DNA of 64,000 nt from Macrostomum lignano (Eukaryota), in the NCBI GenBank assembly GCA_002269645.1, contig NIVC01002080.1:1-64000 (forward strand). Direction: 5' to 3'. The translations under genes and the position numbers were made by a program. Positions 11,932 to 24,039 of this stretch are shown here, in pieces; within the stretch, counting starts at the first letter, position 1, and the number at the start of each line of letters is the position of its first letter. The notes beneath the pieces were generated by a model, which was not told the origin of the DNA, ran no database searches, and saw nothing but the letters and a program-made list of their open reading frames with translations.

Positions 11932-12149
11932 TTGTAAACTTATTACGCAATAGCCACTGCCCTGTTTGATTCTGTTGTTCCGTTGTTTTCCTCTTTATAG
12001 TTTCAAGCCGTATGTTCAATTATTAATTTGCACTGTTTTCGCTGTGCTTACTCTCCGCTTATAAAGAAGTTATGTTTACCGTTTACCTTTACCGTTAATA
12101 AATTTATTAAAGTGCTACATGCTAACTTTCACAGCTTTTTTCTGAACAA

Positions 12150-13231
12150 TCGGACTAGCGTACTGTGGCCACAATATTTCTGCTACCTCATATTTCCGGG
12201 GCCGGGTAACGACCAGGGAGGAGGCGCTAGCGATCGCAAATCTTAGCCGTCGCGAGGTGTCACAGCCCGAGCTGCCCCGAAGGTGTCCAGCCTGCCGCAA
12301 CCTGCAGCTCGAAGTGTCCCGCGTCCGCGACCTGGCCGACGCCAAAGGTAATTAATAAGTGAACACCCGCTGTCACCTTTCGTTGTTGCAACGTCGATGT
12401 TCGTTTCGTTTCGGTCATTTATTTGTGTCACCTTTTCTGCCACAAGGGCCGAGTTGCAGCGCCGTACGGCCCAGTTGCAGGACGCAGATGCCCGTGCTAA
12501 TGAACTCCAACAACAGGTCGCTTACCTGTTGCGTCGGAGACGGCGCTGGAAGCGCTTCTAGCCGAGGAGCAGCGCCTTCGTGCCCTACAGGAGAAGCGAT
12601 GCGCACAGGCAGTCGCTCACATGCAGCGGGCAGCTTCCTCTTTACAGGCGACCGATGGCCCACAGGATCATGTTGCACCAGGAATCGACATCGATCCTGA
12701 TGCAGATTGCCGATTATCGTTTGAAGCCGAAGCTATGCTGGTCGATAACACTGCTGCCACTGCTAGTGGAGAGGGCCGGAGTGCCAACCGGGTCGCTGTG
12801 CTGCCGCACAGTACGCCAGGTGAGATCTACAAATACTTACAGAGCAATCGTTCTAACTCATCTGACTGACTGGTCACCCTCATCTCTATCCCAAACCAGC
12901 CGAGTCCACCGGCCTTGTCCCTCTGGCAGAGGACATGCCCTATGTCCTGGTAGAAGTAGGTCGGCGCCAGGAGTGCGACCACCGTGAATGCGGCTGAAGT
13001 GGAGAAACTAAACCGGCGCAAAAAAATCGCCAAGTGGGCGCTCGTGCGGACCCTCGCCGGAAGGTCGGCAACAGCCTGAGCACTCCGGCCGACTGCGCAT
13101 CACTTGGTCACATGGAGCGATTCATGCGGAAGATCGGGTGCCCACTGGAGCCACGGGAACTGCAGCGCGCCTTCGCGCGCTGCACGGCAACAGCACGCAG
13201 GCGCCTGGGCGTGCCCCGTAATAAAAGCTAA
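12150..13231 (+). pseudogene. Second transposon gene: CxxC plus coiled coil plus BEN-like C-terminus, spliced and frameshifted
   Basis: Exon-like segments ...RCPACRNLQLEVSRVRDLADAK|GTAATT, AELQRRTAQLQDADARANELQQQV...ALLAEEQRLRALQEK (heptads), and MERFMRKIGCPLEPRELQRAFARCTATARRR, with GT/AG signals at ~12348, ~12447, ~12820 and ~12900. Confidence 0.5.
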
Positions 13232-13252
13232 GACCTCCACCGCTGGTAGCAA

Positions 13253-13415
13253 TACTGGCCATGTCGGCAGCGCCGCTACAGCCTCTGCTGGCCCGTCGAA
13301 CGCCAACTATACTGGCCATGTCGGCAGCGCCGCCACAGCCTCTGCTGGCCCGTCGAACGCCAACTATACTGGCCATGTCGGCAGCGCCGCCACAGCCTCT
13401 GCTAGCCCGTCGAAC
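13253..13415. repeat. 57-bp tandem triplication in the 3' part of the EnSpm element
   Basis: TACTGGCCATGTCGGCAGCGCCGCCACAGCCTCTGCTGGCCCGTCGAACGCCAACTA, about 3 copies. Confidence 0.85.
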
Positions 13416-14853
13416 AGTTATGTGCGTGACATGCACGACTTTGAGGTGGAGCAAGAAGACCTGTTGCACCAGTTCCTAGCTTAATTGTACGTGCGCCCAA
13501 AGTGGCAGTATATTCAGGAGTTAAGTCAGTCTCAAAATTAAAGCACAACCTGAGAATTTTAATAAGCGGTTTATTTTTTCCCGTGCCTCAAAATTCTAGC
13601 AACAGTCAGCCTAGAATTCAATCAAAGCTTCAATCAAATGTCTCCAGACTGACTTTCTCCTGAAAAAAACTGCACCAAAACTGAATGCTTCTGCTTATAA
13701 ACGGCATTTATGCTCGTTTTTCTGTAAACATTGACAGCCAATATTTGTTTTAGTTTTAATTGCTTTCACTCAACTTTTGCAGTTTTCGTTTTTGTTTTAC
13801 ATCTAGCAAATACAGTGAAAGCATATCGGTGCCGTTCTTTGCCGTTCTGCTGTTTTTACCGTTCTTTTCTATCACGGTTTATGATTTAGCTTTTCATGAT
13901 TTATTCATTTGATTAACCAGTTGATTCCTCTTCCACGGATTCCTCATTCATCTTCCTTTAGGGAAAAATGGAGCTCAGTCACAGAGAGACAGAGAGATAT
14001 ACAGTACATCTGGACCACATTCTGACCGCAAAACGATGGACAAATTTGACTGCAATAAATACGCAAAAAATGGAGATTTGCGGTCAAAGGAAAACGAGGT
14101 TTGACCCCAAACGTAACTACCGGCACGTTTTTTTACCGTATTTGTTACTCTTGTGAGATAGGGCCATGCGGTCAAAATTTGCGGTCTAAAAATTTACATA
14201 TTTTTTGCCGGGTAGCCATTAGTTGCTATTTGTTGAATGTTAAACGTTGCTGTAAAAGCGTTCTATTTTTTCATGTTACTTTTAAGACGGCTGCTGTTGA
14301 GATCTGAAACCTGAAGACGGGTGTGTGTCCGTCATAGTTTTTTTATCTGCAGTGATCTTCACACGAGCTTTATATAATACTACAAAGGTTCTAGAATAAA
14401 TTTGCGGAAAAGCCTCACATAACAAATATTTTCACAATAGTTCCCCATATTAAACAGGCAACACTTGTACCATTGGCTTGCTAGCGTCTTTCATTGTGTT
14501 AGTCATTTTTTCTTTAACCATGGGTTTGTGTGACAGCAACTCAAAAAGGCATCGTGAAACTCATCTGATTGCTTAATTACGGACATGCAATTAAGTACAA
14601 TAAATTCAGAATAGTTATTTTTTGTAATTGAACGCTAGATTCAACGGTAGATCAAAGTTAGAGTTAGGGTTCAGCTAGGGGCTTTAAGGCAGGCTTCGAT
14701 GCCAAAGCTCACCTTTCTTTGTTGCCTACCCAACCGGGGTTGGGGGGGGGGGCGCAGATTGCTAGTACAAAGCCACCAAAATTGGCGAAAGTCACTGATT
14801 GACAATGTACAGCCTATAAAATCCTCACTAATCATTGATAGCTGGCAGCTCAC

Positions 14854-15142
14854 CGGAGAAGTCGAATTGGCCATCCAGCAGGAACAGCTGCCTAGCCAGC
14901 TGGTACATCCGTCTCGATTGTCCGCGCGGCTCCCGCCTGGCCGCCACCCGGATGTGGCCCAGATCGCCATAAAACTGGTCGGAATGGCGCGAGAACACCA
15001 GGCCCAGCCGGAGCAGCGGCTCCCAGGACAGCTGCAGGCCGGAGCGCAGGGCCTGGCAGCAGGCCGTCCACAGCTCGGCCGACAGGTAGGGTGTCGATGA
15101 GATGAGGAAGTGCCGCAGGCAGGAACAGCCAAGCCGGCACAC
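14854..15142 (-). CDS. ARFGEF3: ARFGEF3 exon 8
   Basis: VCRLGCSCLRHFLI...LARQLFLLDGQ matches ISRVGCSCIRYVLV...MAQQVFMLDTQ. CAG/GTGAG boundaries, phase 0-1. Confidence 0.88.
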
Positions 15143-15199
15143 CTGGCAATGGGGGTTGGATAATAACTTAATAACTAATAAGTGACTAGCTGTAGCCCC

Positions 15200-15345
15200 A
15201 GGTGGCTCAGCAACTGACACTCTGGGAGTTGGGCCCGCAACTGAGGATCTGGTAGGTAGTGGCCCAGCAACTGAGGATCTGGTAGGTAGTGGCCCAGCAA
15301 CTGACACTCTGGGAGGCTGGCCCAGCAACTGAGGATCTGGGAGGC
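15200..15345. repeat. Short ~30-bp tandem repeat in intron 7
   Basis: GCCCAGCAACTGAGGATCTGGTAGGTAGTG units. Confidence 0.75.
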
Positions 15346-15359
15346 CACATTGTAAGCAC

Positions 15360-16220
15360 CTGCTCAGAGCAGCTGGACACGCAGTCGATGAGCACATGCA
15401 GCAGGCTCTGCACGGCGCCGGACGCGAACTCAGGGCCAGCCTCGCGCAGCAGGTGCACGGCCAGGTCGGTGGTCAGCCCGCAGGCCTGCCGGAGTGCCGT
15501 CACCCGCAAAGGCCGCTCGCAGGCGGCACAGCAGCGCAGACGCTTCAACAGCTGGGGCAGCAGCAGGCGCTGGAAGGCGAACAGCACGGCATCGCAGCCG
15601 GGGCTGGCCAGGCCGGACCGCAGCAGGTCGAAGGCGGCTGTGAACGCCTGGGCAGCGGCTGGCGATTCCCAGGCGGCCGACAGCAGCCCGTCGATAAGCA
15701 GCCACCACACGGCCAGCAGGTCGGAGCTTGGACCGCAGCCTGGCGCCGAAGCGGCTCCGGCCGGCGACTCCGGGCCGTCGGACGGCAAAGCCGGGCAGGC
15801 CACGGGCACAGGCAGGTGCCAGTCGTGCTGCGGGAACCTGCGCACCAGCTGGGCCAGGCTGCGGCCCGGGGAGCCGTCGCTAACGGCGGCGGCGGCGGCG
15901 CTCGACGACGAAGCCGATTCAGCTGACGGAGCAGCGGCGAATCGATCGGCGCCTTTGAAAGCTGGCGGCGCCGGCATGCGCGCCATGTCGCCAAGGAGGC
16001 CGGCAGCCGTGGCCAAGTGGCGCAGGGCTGGCAGGCAGAGCGGCGCGGAGCTGACGGGATCAACTGACGTGCCAGTGGACCTGTTTGAGTCGAACTGTTC
16101 GCCCGTGTCCGAATCGGACTCGCTGTCCGTGTCTTCATCTGCCGCCGGGTCGCCGGCCACGGGGCCGCGGACGTAGCGTAGCAGGCAGAGCACGCAGTCC
16201 ACTAGGGCGTTGGCCAGAAC
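15360..16220 (-). CDS. ARFGEF3: ARFGEF3 exon 7
   Basis: Begins VLANALVDCVLCLLRYVRG (ARFGEF3 VFANAATSYIMCLMKFVKG) and ends LIDCVSSCSEQ. Phase 0-0. Confidence 0.85.
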
Positions 16221-16249
16221 CTGCGTGCGTTGGCGTATTGCATCTGCTA

Positions 16250-16570
16250 TGTTTACCTGTCAATCAGCAGCCCCTCCTATCTTTACCTGTCAATCAGCAG
16301 CTCCTCTTATCTTTACCTGTCAATCAGCAGCCCCTCTTATCTTTACCTGTCAATCAGCAGCCCCGCCCATCTCTACCTGTCAATCAGTAGCCCCACCTAT
16401 CTGTACCTGTCAATCTGTAGCCCCTCCCATCTTTACCTGTCAGTCTGTAGCCCTTCCCATCTTTACCTGTCAGTCTGTAGCCCTTCCCATCTTTACCTGT
16501 CAATCTATAGCCCTTCCCATCTTTACCTGTCCATCAGCAGCCCCTCCAATCTCTACCTGTCAATCAGTAG
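16250..16570. repeat. Minisatellite, 30-bp unit CTTTACCTGTCAATCAGCAGCCCCTCCTAT
   Basis: About 11 tandem copies near the exon 7 acceptor. Confidence 0.9.
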
Positions 16571-16600
16571 ACCTATTTTTACATGAAATCATTTGAAATA

Positions 16601-16879
16601 ATAATAATTGATTACACCTGCCATAATGAGCAGATGTGCAACCGACAGCTCAGCCTAGCTAAAGGCTGCGTACGGCTGTTCAGTCCAAGGACTGGGGGGT
16701 CGCCACACACCCTCAATTACCCCAGCTAATGCTGGCACCCATTTTACAGCTGGGTGAACTGAAGCAATACAGAGTTAAGTGTCTTGCTCAAAAACACAAA
16801 TTGCTCCAAATGGGCTGAGAATCGAACCCCCGACCTTTCAGTAGTGAGTCTGACTCTCTAACCATTAGGCTACAACCCT
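16601..16879 (-). mobile_element. tRNA-derived SINE, copy 1 (ARFGEF3 intron 6)
   Basis: Reverse complement of the 24808-25090 copy; A/B-box head, body and (TTA)n tail. Confidence 0.85.
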
Positions 16880-17032
16880 CTAATTTGGTAAATACTACTA
16901 CTGTAGTAAACACAGGTCTCACCTGTTCATCATTAGCAATATACAACCTCCTCTCCATCATTAGCCACATAAAACCCGTGTCACCTGTCCGTCACTAGCT
17001 ACAACCCCTCACCCCGTCAATCAGCAGCCTAC

Positions 17033-17823
17033 CTGGGTAGAATCTGTGCCAAGAAAGGCCTGAAACACGTCGCTAACAGCGGCCGCGTGCCGCTCCCCAG
17101 CAGCGGAGCCGGCAAAATCGACGCGCACGTGACGAAGCGCGGCAAACACGGGCCGCCAGCCGCTGCCCAATTCGTGGCTAAACGCTTCAACCAGTTCGCA
17201 CACGCAGCAGACCAGCTGATCCTGAGTGTCTGCATCGCACAGCTCCAAGCCTAGCAGCCATTCCACTGGCTTCAAAGCGGCCTCGTGCATGTTGAAATGC
17301 GGCCGCTCCGGTCGCCAGCGCAGCAGAGCCACAGTGCATTCGTGCAAACTGCTGACGGCCGTCTTAGCCGTGCGCTGCTCCGAGCAGGCCTTGGTGAAAT
17401 GGCCGCCAGCGATGGACCAGACGCACAGCACGTGAGCGAGCAGCCGCTCAGACTGGGTCACGCTAAGCACCAGCTGGCAGAGCCGGCTGACCAGCCCGCT
17501 GTCGCCGCAGCTCACCAGATCGGCCGACACGTCGCACAGGGCGCGAACAAAAGCTAATAAAGATACCAGAGGAAGCTGGGCCGCGTCATCAAATAGGCGA
17601 TCAGCTGCCGAGACCAGAGCGGCTACAACTTTGGTTGTCTGGGCGGGCGTTAGTAGGCTGTGCCCGCCGACTTGCCAGCGAGCGACAAGGGCGGGAATGT
17701 CCGAGCCGGCTAGCTGACTGTCCGATACGGAATCTGATGTTGACGTGGCCAATAGGCCGCCCATAGACTGGAATTGGCCGCTGCTGACCAGCTGGCGCTC
17801 CAGTGCCGCGATGTGGGTCACGC
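17033..17823 (-). CDS. ARFGEF3: ARFGEF3 exon 6
   Basis: ERPHFNMHEAALKPVEWLLGLELCDADTQDQLVCCVCELVEAFSHELGSGWRPVFAAL matches the BIG-family C-terminal HEAT region. Phase 1-0. Confidence 0.9.
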
Positions 17824-17847
17824 CTGAGCAATGGGATGAACAGCGGG

Positions 17848-18420
17848 CCGATTTTGACATGCTTTTTGAAGGCCGAGTTTGACATGCTTTTTGAAGGCCG
17901 ATTTTGACATGCTTTTTGAAGGCCGAGTTTGATAATGCTTTTTGAAGGCCGATTTTGACATGCTTTTTGAAGGCCGAGTTTGATAATGCTTTCTGAAGGC
18001 CGATTTGATATGCTTTTTGAAGGCCGATTTGATATGCTTTATAAAGGCCGATTTGATATGCTTTTTGAAGGCCGAGTTTGACATGCATTTTGAAGGCCGA
18101 GTTTTATAATGCTTTCTGAAGGCCGATTTGATATGCTTAATGAAGGCTGATTTGATATGCTTTTTGAAGGCCGATTTGATATGCTTTTTGAAGGCCGAGT
18201 TTTATAATGCTTTCTGAAGGCTGATTTGATATGCTTTTTGAAGGCCGATTTGATATGCTTTATAAAGGCCGATTTGATATGCTTTTTGAAGGCCGATTTT
18301 GACATGCATTTTGAAGGCCGAGTTTGATAATGCTTTCTGAAGGCTGATTTGATATGCTTTTTGAAGGCTGATTTGATATGCTTTTTGAAGGCCGATTTTG
18401 AAATGCTTTTTGAAGTTTGA
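17848..18420. repeat. Minisatellite, 24-25-bp unit GGCCGATTTGATATGCTTTTTGAA
   Basis: Tandem array beginning ~20 nt from the exon 6 acceptor. Confidence 0.9.
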
Positions 18421-18604
18421 TTTAGAAAATTCGAAGGCCGACTTTAGAATGAATTTTTAGTATAATACTAGCAATCTTCGCCCCCCGTTGGGGGACATCT
18501 GTATAGAACCTCTGTTCTCTACAAGTAACAAAAAGATAGCCAAAAAAGGCCTTCACAAAAAAAAACAGACAAAATACTCAAAGGAAGCAAAAAGAAATCA
18601 TCCC

Positions 18605-19040
18605 AAGACAGCAAGCATCCCCCAGATAGCAAGCATCTTCCAGATTACAAGCAACCCCCAGATAGCAAGCATCCCCCAGATAGCAAGCATCCCCCAGATA
18701 GCAAGCATCCCCCAGATAGCAAGCATCCGCCAGATAGCAAGCATCTTCCAGATAGCAAGCATCCGCCAGATAGCAAGCATCTTCCAGATTACAAGCAACC
18801 CCCAGATAGCAAGCATCCCCAGATAGCAAGCATCCCCAGATAGCAAGCATCCCCCAGATAGCAAGCATCCCCCAGATAGCAAGCATCCGCCAGATAGCAG
18901 GCATCTTCCAGATTACAAGCAACCCCCAGATAGCAAGCATCCCCCAGATAGCAAGCATCCCCCAGATAGCAAGCATCCGCCAGATAGCAAGCATCCCCTA
19001 CATAGATAGCATCCCCAAATAGCAAGCATCCACCAGACAA
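18605..19040. repeat. 18-bp minisatellite CAGATAGCAAGCATCCCC (inside Helitron-like copy 1)
   Basis: Tandem array; inverted counterpart at ~39165-40160. Confidence 0.9.
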
Positions 19041-19119
19041 TAAGTAGCTAGTGCGATAATTTCCTTAGCATTATAGTGGCTCCTTTAAAATTCGCTTACT
19101 TTTATGTTTGAAATTGTGT

Positions 19120-21510
19120 AAATTTTATGTTTGACATGGTGGCTGTTTTAAGTTCTACATGGCAACTGTTTTATGTTTGAAACGATGGCTTTTTAATGTC
19201 AGACATGGTGGCTCTTTTATGTTTGACATGGTGCCTCTTTATTGTTTGACATGGTGGCTCTTTAATGTTTAACCTGGTGGCTCTTTTATGTTTGAAACAG
19301 TGGCTCTTTTATGTTTGACACAGTGACTCTTTAATGTTCGACAAAGTGGCTATTTAATGTTTGACAAGGTGGCTTTTAAATGTTTGACATGGTGGCTCCT
19401 TAATGTTCGAGAAAGTGGCTCTTTAATGTTTTTCATGGTATAGCTCTTTTATGTTCGACATGGTGGCTCTTTTAGGTTTGACATGGTGGCTCTTTTATGT
19501 TCGACATGGTGGCTCTTTTAGGTTTGACATGGTGGCTCTTTTAGGTTTGACATGGTGGCTCTTAAATGTTTGACATGGTGGCTCTTAAATGTTTGACATG
19601 GTGACTCTTTAATGTTTCAAATGGTGGCTCTTTAATGTTTTACGTGGTGGCTCTTAAATGTTTGACATGGTGGCTCTTAAATGTTTGACATGGTAGCTCT
19701 TTAATATTCTACATTGTGGCTCTTAAGTGTTCGAAATTGTGGATCTTTTAGGTTTGACATGATGGCTGTTTAATGTTCAACATAGTGGCTCTTTTATGTT
19801 TAACATGGTGGCTCTTAAATGTTTGACATGGTGGCTCTTTAATGTTCGAAATGGTGGCTCTTTTGTTTTACATGGTGGCTCTTTAATGTTTGACATGGTG
19901 GCTCTTTAATGTTTGACATAAAGTCACTTATATGTTCGAAATGGTGGCTCTTTTAGGTTTGACATGGTGGCTCTTTTAGGTTTAACATGGTGGCTCTTTT
20001 AGGTTTAACATGGTGGCTCTTTTAGGTTTAACATGGTGGCTCTTTTAGGTTTAACATGGTGGCTCTTAAATGTTCGACATGGTGGCTCTTTAATGTTCGA
20101 CATGGTGGCTCTTTAATATTCTTCATGTTATAGCTCTTTCATGTTTGACATGGTGGCTCTTTTATGGTCGACATGGTGGCTCTTTAATGTTCGAAATGGT
20201 GGCTCTTTAATGTTCGAAATAGTGGCTCTTTCATTTTCGACATGGTGGCTCTTTATGTTTGACATGTTGGCTCTTTTATGATTGACATGTTGGCTCTTTT
20301 ATGTTTGACATGGTGGATATTTAATGTTCGAAATAGTGGCTCTTTTATGGTCGACATGGTGGCTCTTTAATGTTCGAAATGGTGGCTCTTTAATGTTCGA
20401 AATAGTGGCTCTTTTATTTTCGACATGGTGGCTCTTTTAGGTTTGACATGGTGGCTCTTTTATGTTCGACATGGTGGCTCTTTAATGTTTGACATGGTGG
20501 CTCTTTAATGTTTTACATGGTAGCTCTGTTATGTCCGAAATGGTGGCTCTTTAATGTTTGACATAAAGTCACATATATGTTTGACATGGTGGCTCTTAAA
20601 TGTTTGACATGGTGGCTCTTTATGTTTGACATGTTGGCTCTTTTATGTTCGAAATGGTGGCTCTTTTTTGTTCTACATGTTAACTCTTTTTATTTGATAC
20701 GGTGGCTTTTTTAATGTCTGACATGTTGGCTCTTTAATGTTCGACAAAGTGGCTCCTAAATGTTTGACATAGTGGCTCTTCAATGTTTGACAATGTAACT
20801 TTTGAATGTTTGACATGGTGGCTCTTTAATGTTTGACATGGTAGCTCTGTTATGTTCGACATGGTGGCTCTTCTAGGTTTGACAATGTGGCTCTTTAATG
20901 TTTCACATGGTGGCTCTTTAATGTTTTACATGGTGGCTCTTTTATGTTTAACTTGGTAGCTCTTTGTTATTTTACATGGCAGCTCTTTTATGTTCGACAT
21001 GGTGGCTCTTTAATATTCTTCATGTTATAGCTCTTTCATGTTTGACATGGTGGCTCTTTAATGTTCGAAATGGTGGCTCTTTAATGTTTAACACAAAGTC
21101 ACATATATGTTTGACATGGTGGCTCTTAAATGTTTGACATGGTGGCTCTTTATGTTTGACATGTTGGCTCTTTTATGTTTGACATGTTGGCTCTTTTATG
21201 TTTGACATGGTGGCTCTTTAATGTTCGAAAAAGTGGCTCCTAAATGTTTGACATAGTGGCTCTTTGATGTTCGAAATAGTGACTCTTTTATTTTCGACAT
21301 GGTGGCTCTTTAATTTTCGAAATGGTGGCTGTTTAATGTTAGAAATGGTGGCTCTTTTATGTTTGACATAAAGTCACTTATATGTTTTATATGGTGCCTC
21401 TTAAATATTAGACATGGTGGCTCGTTTAGGTTTGACATGGTGGCTCTTTAATATTCGATATGTTAGCTCTTTTATGTTCGACATGGTGACTCTTCTATGT
21501 TTGACATTGC
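19120..21510. repeat. ~21-bp minisatellite TTTGACATGGTGGCTCTTTAATG (inside Helitron-like copy 1)
   Basis: On the order of 100 diverged units; inverted counterpart at ~37590-39120. Confidence 0.92.
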
Positions 21511-22279
21511 GCTTCTTTTATGTTTAGAAGTTTTGTGTTTTTAAGGTGTTTTAATAAAAAAAAATCTTTTTTGCCCTACTAAGATTCGAACCCAAGTCGC
21601 TACATTAGCATTCCAGTCTGTTCGCATCTGGGCTATCTTTTTCAATTGGAGAACATAAATTGTGGCCCTTATAATTCAATTCTTACAGCAAGTCAATTGG
21701 AGTAAAAAGTTATGACATAATCAATTTCTCAGTCAGCCAGAATCAGTCTCAATTTAAGTTGCCAATATGGTTACGCAATTTCATTCAAGTCGTGTGTGCA
21801 TTTCTTCGGCACTGTTTTCAACTTGTTGTGATGCAATCTTTGTCAGAATCAGAATTCAGTCAGTCAGTTTTTTCTCTAGCATTCTTACAATGCATTTCAG
21901 GTCGAAAGAGCTGCTTGACCTTTGCAAAAAAGCATGTTTTTCGAATATTTAATCCCTTTAAAATTGAGCAATTTCTTAGCCAAGATGCATGTACCGTCCC
22001 AGGAAAATTTCTGATCGAATGGTGCAAGTTTGAAGAAAATCGGTTAAGCCGTTTTTTCTGAAATCTATCTCACAGAGACACACATTTCATTTTTAGTATA
22101 TAGGAAATTAGGTAGGTCTATTTTAGGATTCTTTTTATAATATTATTTTTTAATAATTTTTAAAGACGATTTCTAAATATTAAAGAATGAGTTTTACGTT
22201 AAATACAGGGCGATTTCTAGGAAAGCAAAAAATTCAAAATCAGAAGACTTAAAAGAGCTCTCTAAGAAGCTGCTCTCAC

Positions 22280-23029
22280 CTCGAAGCACGTGCGGCCAAC
22301 AGTCGGGAGCCCGCTGTCCGACTCGGACAGCCCGTCCGGTTAGCAGGTCGAGCGACAAAGCGGCGCACGCGTGCAGCCGAAGCGGCGTCCCAGCCGGGCA
22401 GTGACAGGAGGCGGCGGCCAGGCGGCTGAACACGGCGCCGCAGCGGGCCTCCAGTCCGAGGCGGCCAGCCAGCAGAGCGGCAATCTGCAGGCCGGTGACG
22501 GATCTGACAACAGCCTGCCTGGCGTCCTCTAGCACAGCGTCTGTGCCGAACAGTACGGCTAGAGGAGCGCCGCGCTCGCCGCGTTCGACTGTGCCGCCGA
22601 GAACGACGACAACGGCGTCCCAGCTGGCCAGCAGCAGCCAGTGCGCCCACAGCTCCTGCGGCTCTCTGGTCCGGCGCCATTCGCCGCTAGCCGAACTGGG
22701 CGTCTCCGCGCCTAATTGAGCCAGGTTGCTAAGCAATATAGAGTCCTTAGCAACGGCAGCTGGGAAGGTCAAGATTCGTTGATCGGCTACTAGGCGATAG
22801 ATCTCGCGCAGCCAGGCTCTCGAGGTGCACAGCAGCAGGCCGGAGTCCAGCACGCTAGACAGGAAAGCGGCCTCGGTGATTCGGGGGGCTCGAACCAGGC
22901 CCTGCGCCACCGCAGCCAGGCGGAGGGTCCACAGAGATGCAAAGTACACCGCGTCCGCGTTTAGAGACCCGGCGCCGCCGGAGCTGTCTGGCTGGTCTTC
23001 AATTGTGATTAAAGGGAATGGGGAGGCGG
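22280..23029 (-). CDS. ARFGEF3: ARFGEF3 exon 5
   Basis: LNADAVYFASL, SRAWLREIYRLV and APDCWPHVLR match ARFGEF3 (MNADSLYTAA, SQAWIEELYHQV, NPDCWPHVFR). TAG/GTGAG boundaries, phase 1-1. Confidence 0.88.
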
Positions 23030-23109
23030 CTAGAGGTAGGTAGGAAACTTTTAAGGGACTTTAAGGCATCAGTGCGACTCTGATATAACCAAAACAATTA
23101 CTCCGAACA

Positions 23110-23600
23110 GGACACATTACACTGGCTCACATTACACTGGCTCACATTACACAGACTAACATTACACAGGCTCACATTACACTGACTTACATTACACTGG
23201 CTAACATTACACTGGCTCACAGTACACAGGCTCACATTACACAGGCTCACATTGCACTGGCTCACATTACACAGACTAACATTACACAGGCTCACATTAC
23301 ACAAGCTCACATTACACAGGTTCACATTACACTGGCTCACTTTACACTTTACACATTACACTGGCTAACATTACACTGGCTCACATTACACAGGCTCACA
23401 TTACACAGGCTCACATTACACAGGCTCACATTACACTGACTTACATTACACTGGCTCACATTACACTGGCTCATATTACACAGGCTCACATTACACTGGA
23501 TCACATTACACTGGCTCACTTTACACAGGCTCACATTACACTGGCTCACATTACACTGGCTCACATTACACTGGCTAACATTACACAGGCCCACATTACA
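23110..23600. repeat. 15-bp minisatellite CACATTACACAGGCT
   Basis: Tandem array in intron 4; source of the spurious CNVSQ ORFs. Confidence 0.92.
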
Positions 23601-24039
23601 CTTCTCAGCATACAATACAGAATCACCGTACACAGAGGCACCAATTAGTTAAAGCGGGTTAGAAGTCCGATAGACGGTAGACAAATGAATTAATCGAATT
23701 GCAAAAATGGTACATTTAACAAAAAAAGTTGCCGTGTCTTAAAATTTATCTAAAAAAACTTCTCCCATTACGCGCGTAGGAAACGCAGGTTTGTGCTTAA
23801 ATTGAAATAAAAGTCTTTCAACGTGTGTCAAGTAAACAAACTTATCAAATTTATTTTATTACCGTTTGAAGATTCCGACAGAACACATAGAGCTGAAGCA
23901 TTGATTTGATTGATATTGTCTCGCTATGGAGCATAAACAGGAACCAGAGCCGCTCACAAACAGGATTGAGACAATTAAGCGAGCATGCACTGAGCTAGTA
24001 TAGTCAACCGGGACCAGCATATCAACAAGCCAAACTCAC

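Larger units (their letters stand above)
7472..14212 (+). mobile_element. EnSpm/CACTA (CMC superfamily) DNA transposon, 6.74 kb, in ARFGEF3 intron 8, antisense to the host gene
   Basis: Perfect 14-bp TIRs CCCGGCAAAAAATA (7472) and TATTTTTTGCCGGG (14212), TA on both flanks, subterminal GCGGTCAAA/TGACCGC repeats at both ends (7497-7760, ~14020-14190), and an internal EnSpm-type transposase. Confidence 0.88.
18466..22105 (+). mobile_element. Non-autonomous Helitron/Helentron-like element carrying two minisatellite arrays, copy 1 (ARFGEF3 intron 5)
   Basis: 5' TACTAGCAATCTTCGCCCCCCGTTGGGGG and 3' ...TGCAAGTTTGAAGAAAATCGGTTAAGCCGTTT...CATTTTTAGTATATAGGA, similar to Lep1/DINE-1-type ends; no TSD. 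Colinear inverted copy at 36974-40290. Confidence 0.7.

Noticed and set aside
15289-16176. 295-aa plus-strand ORF
   Set aside because: Antisense to ARFGEF3 exon 7, with no independent motif.
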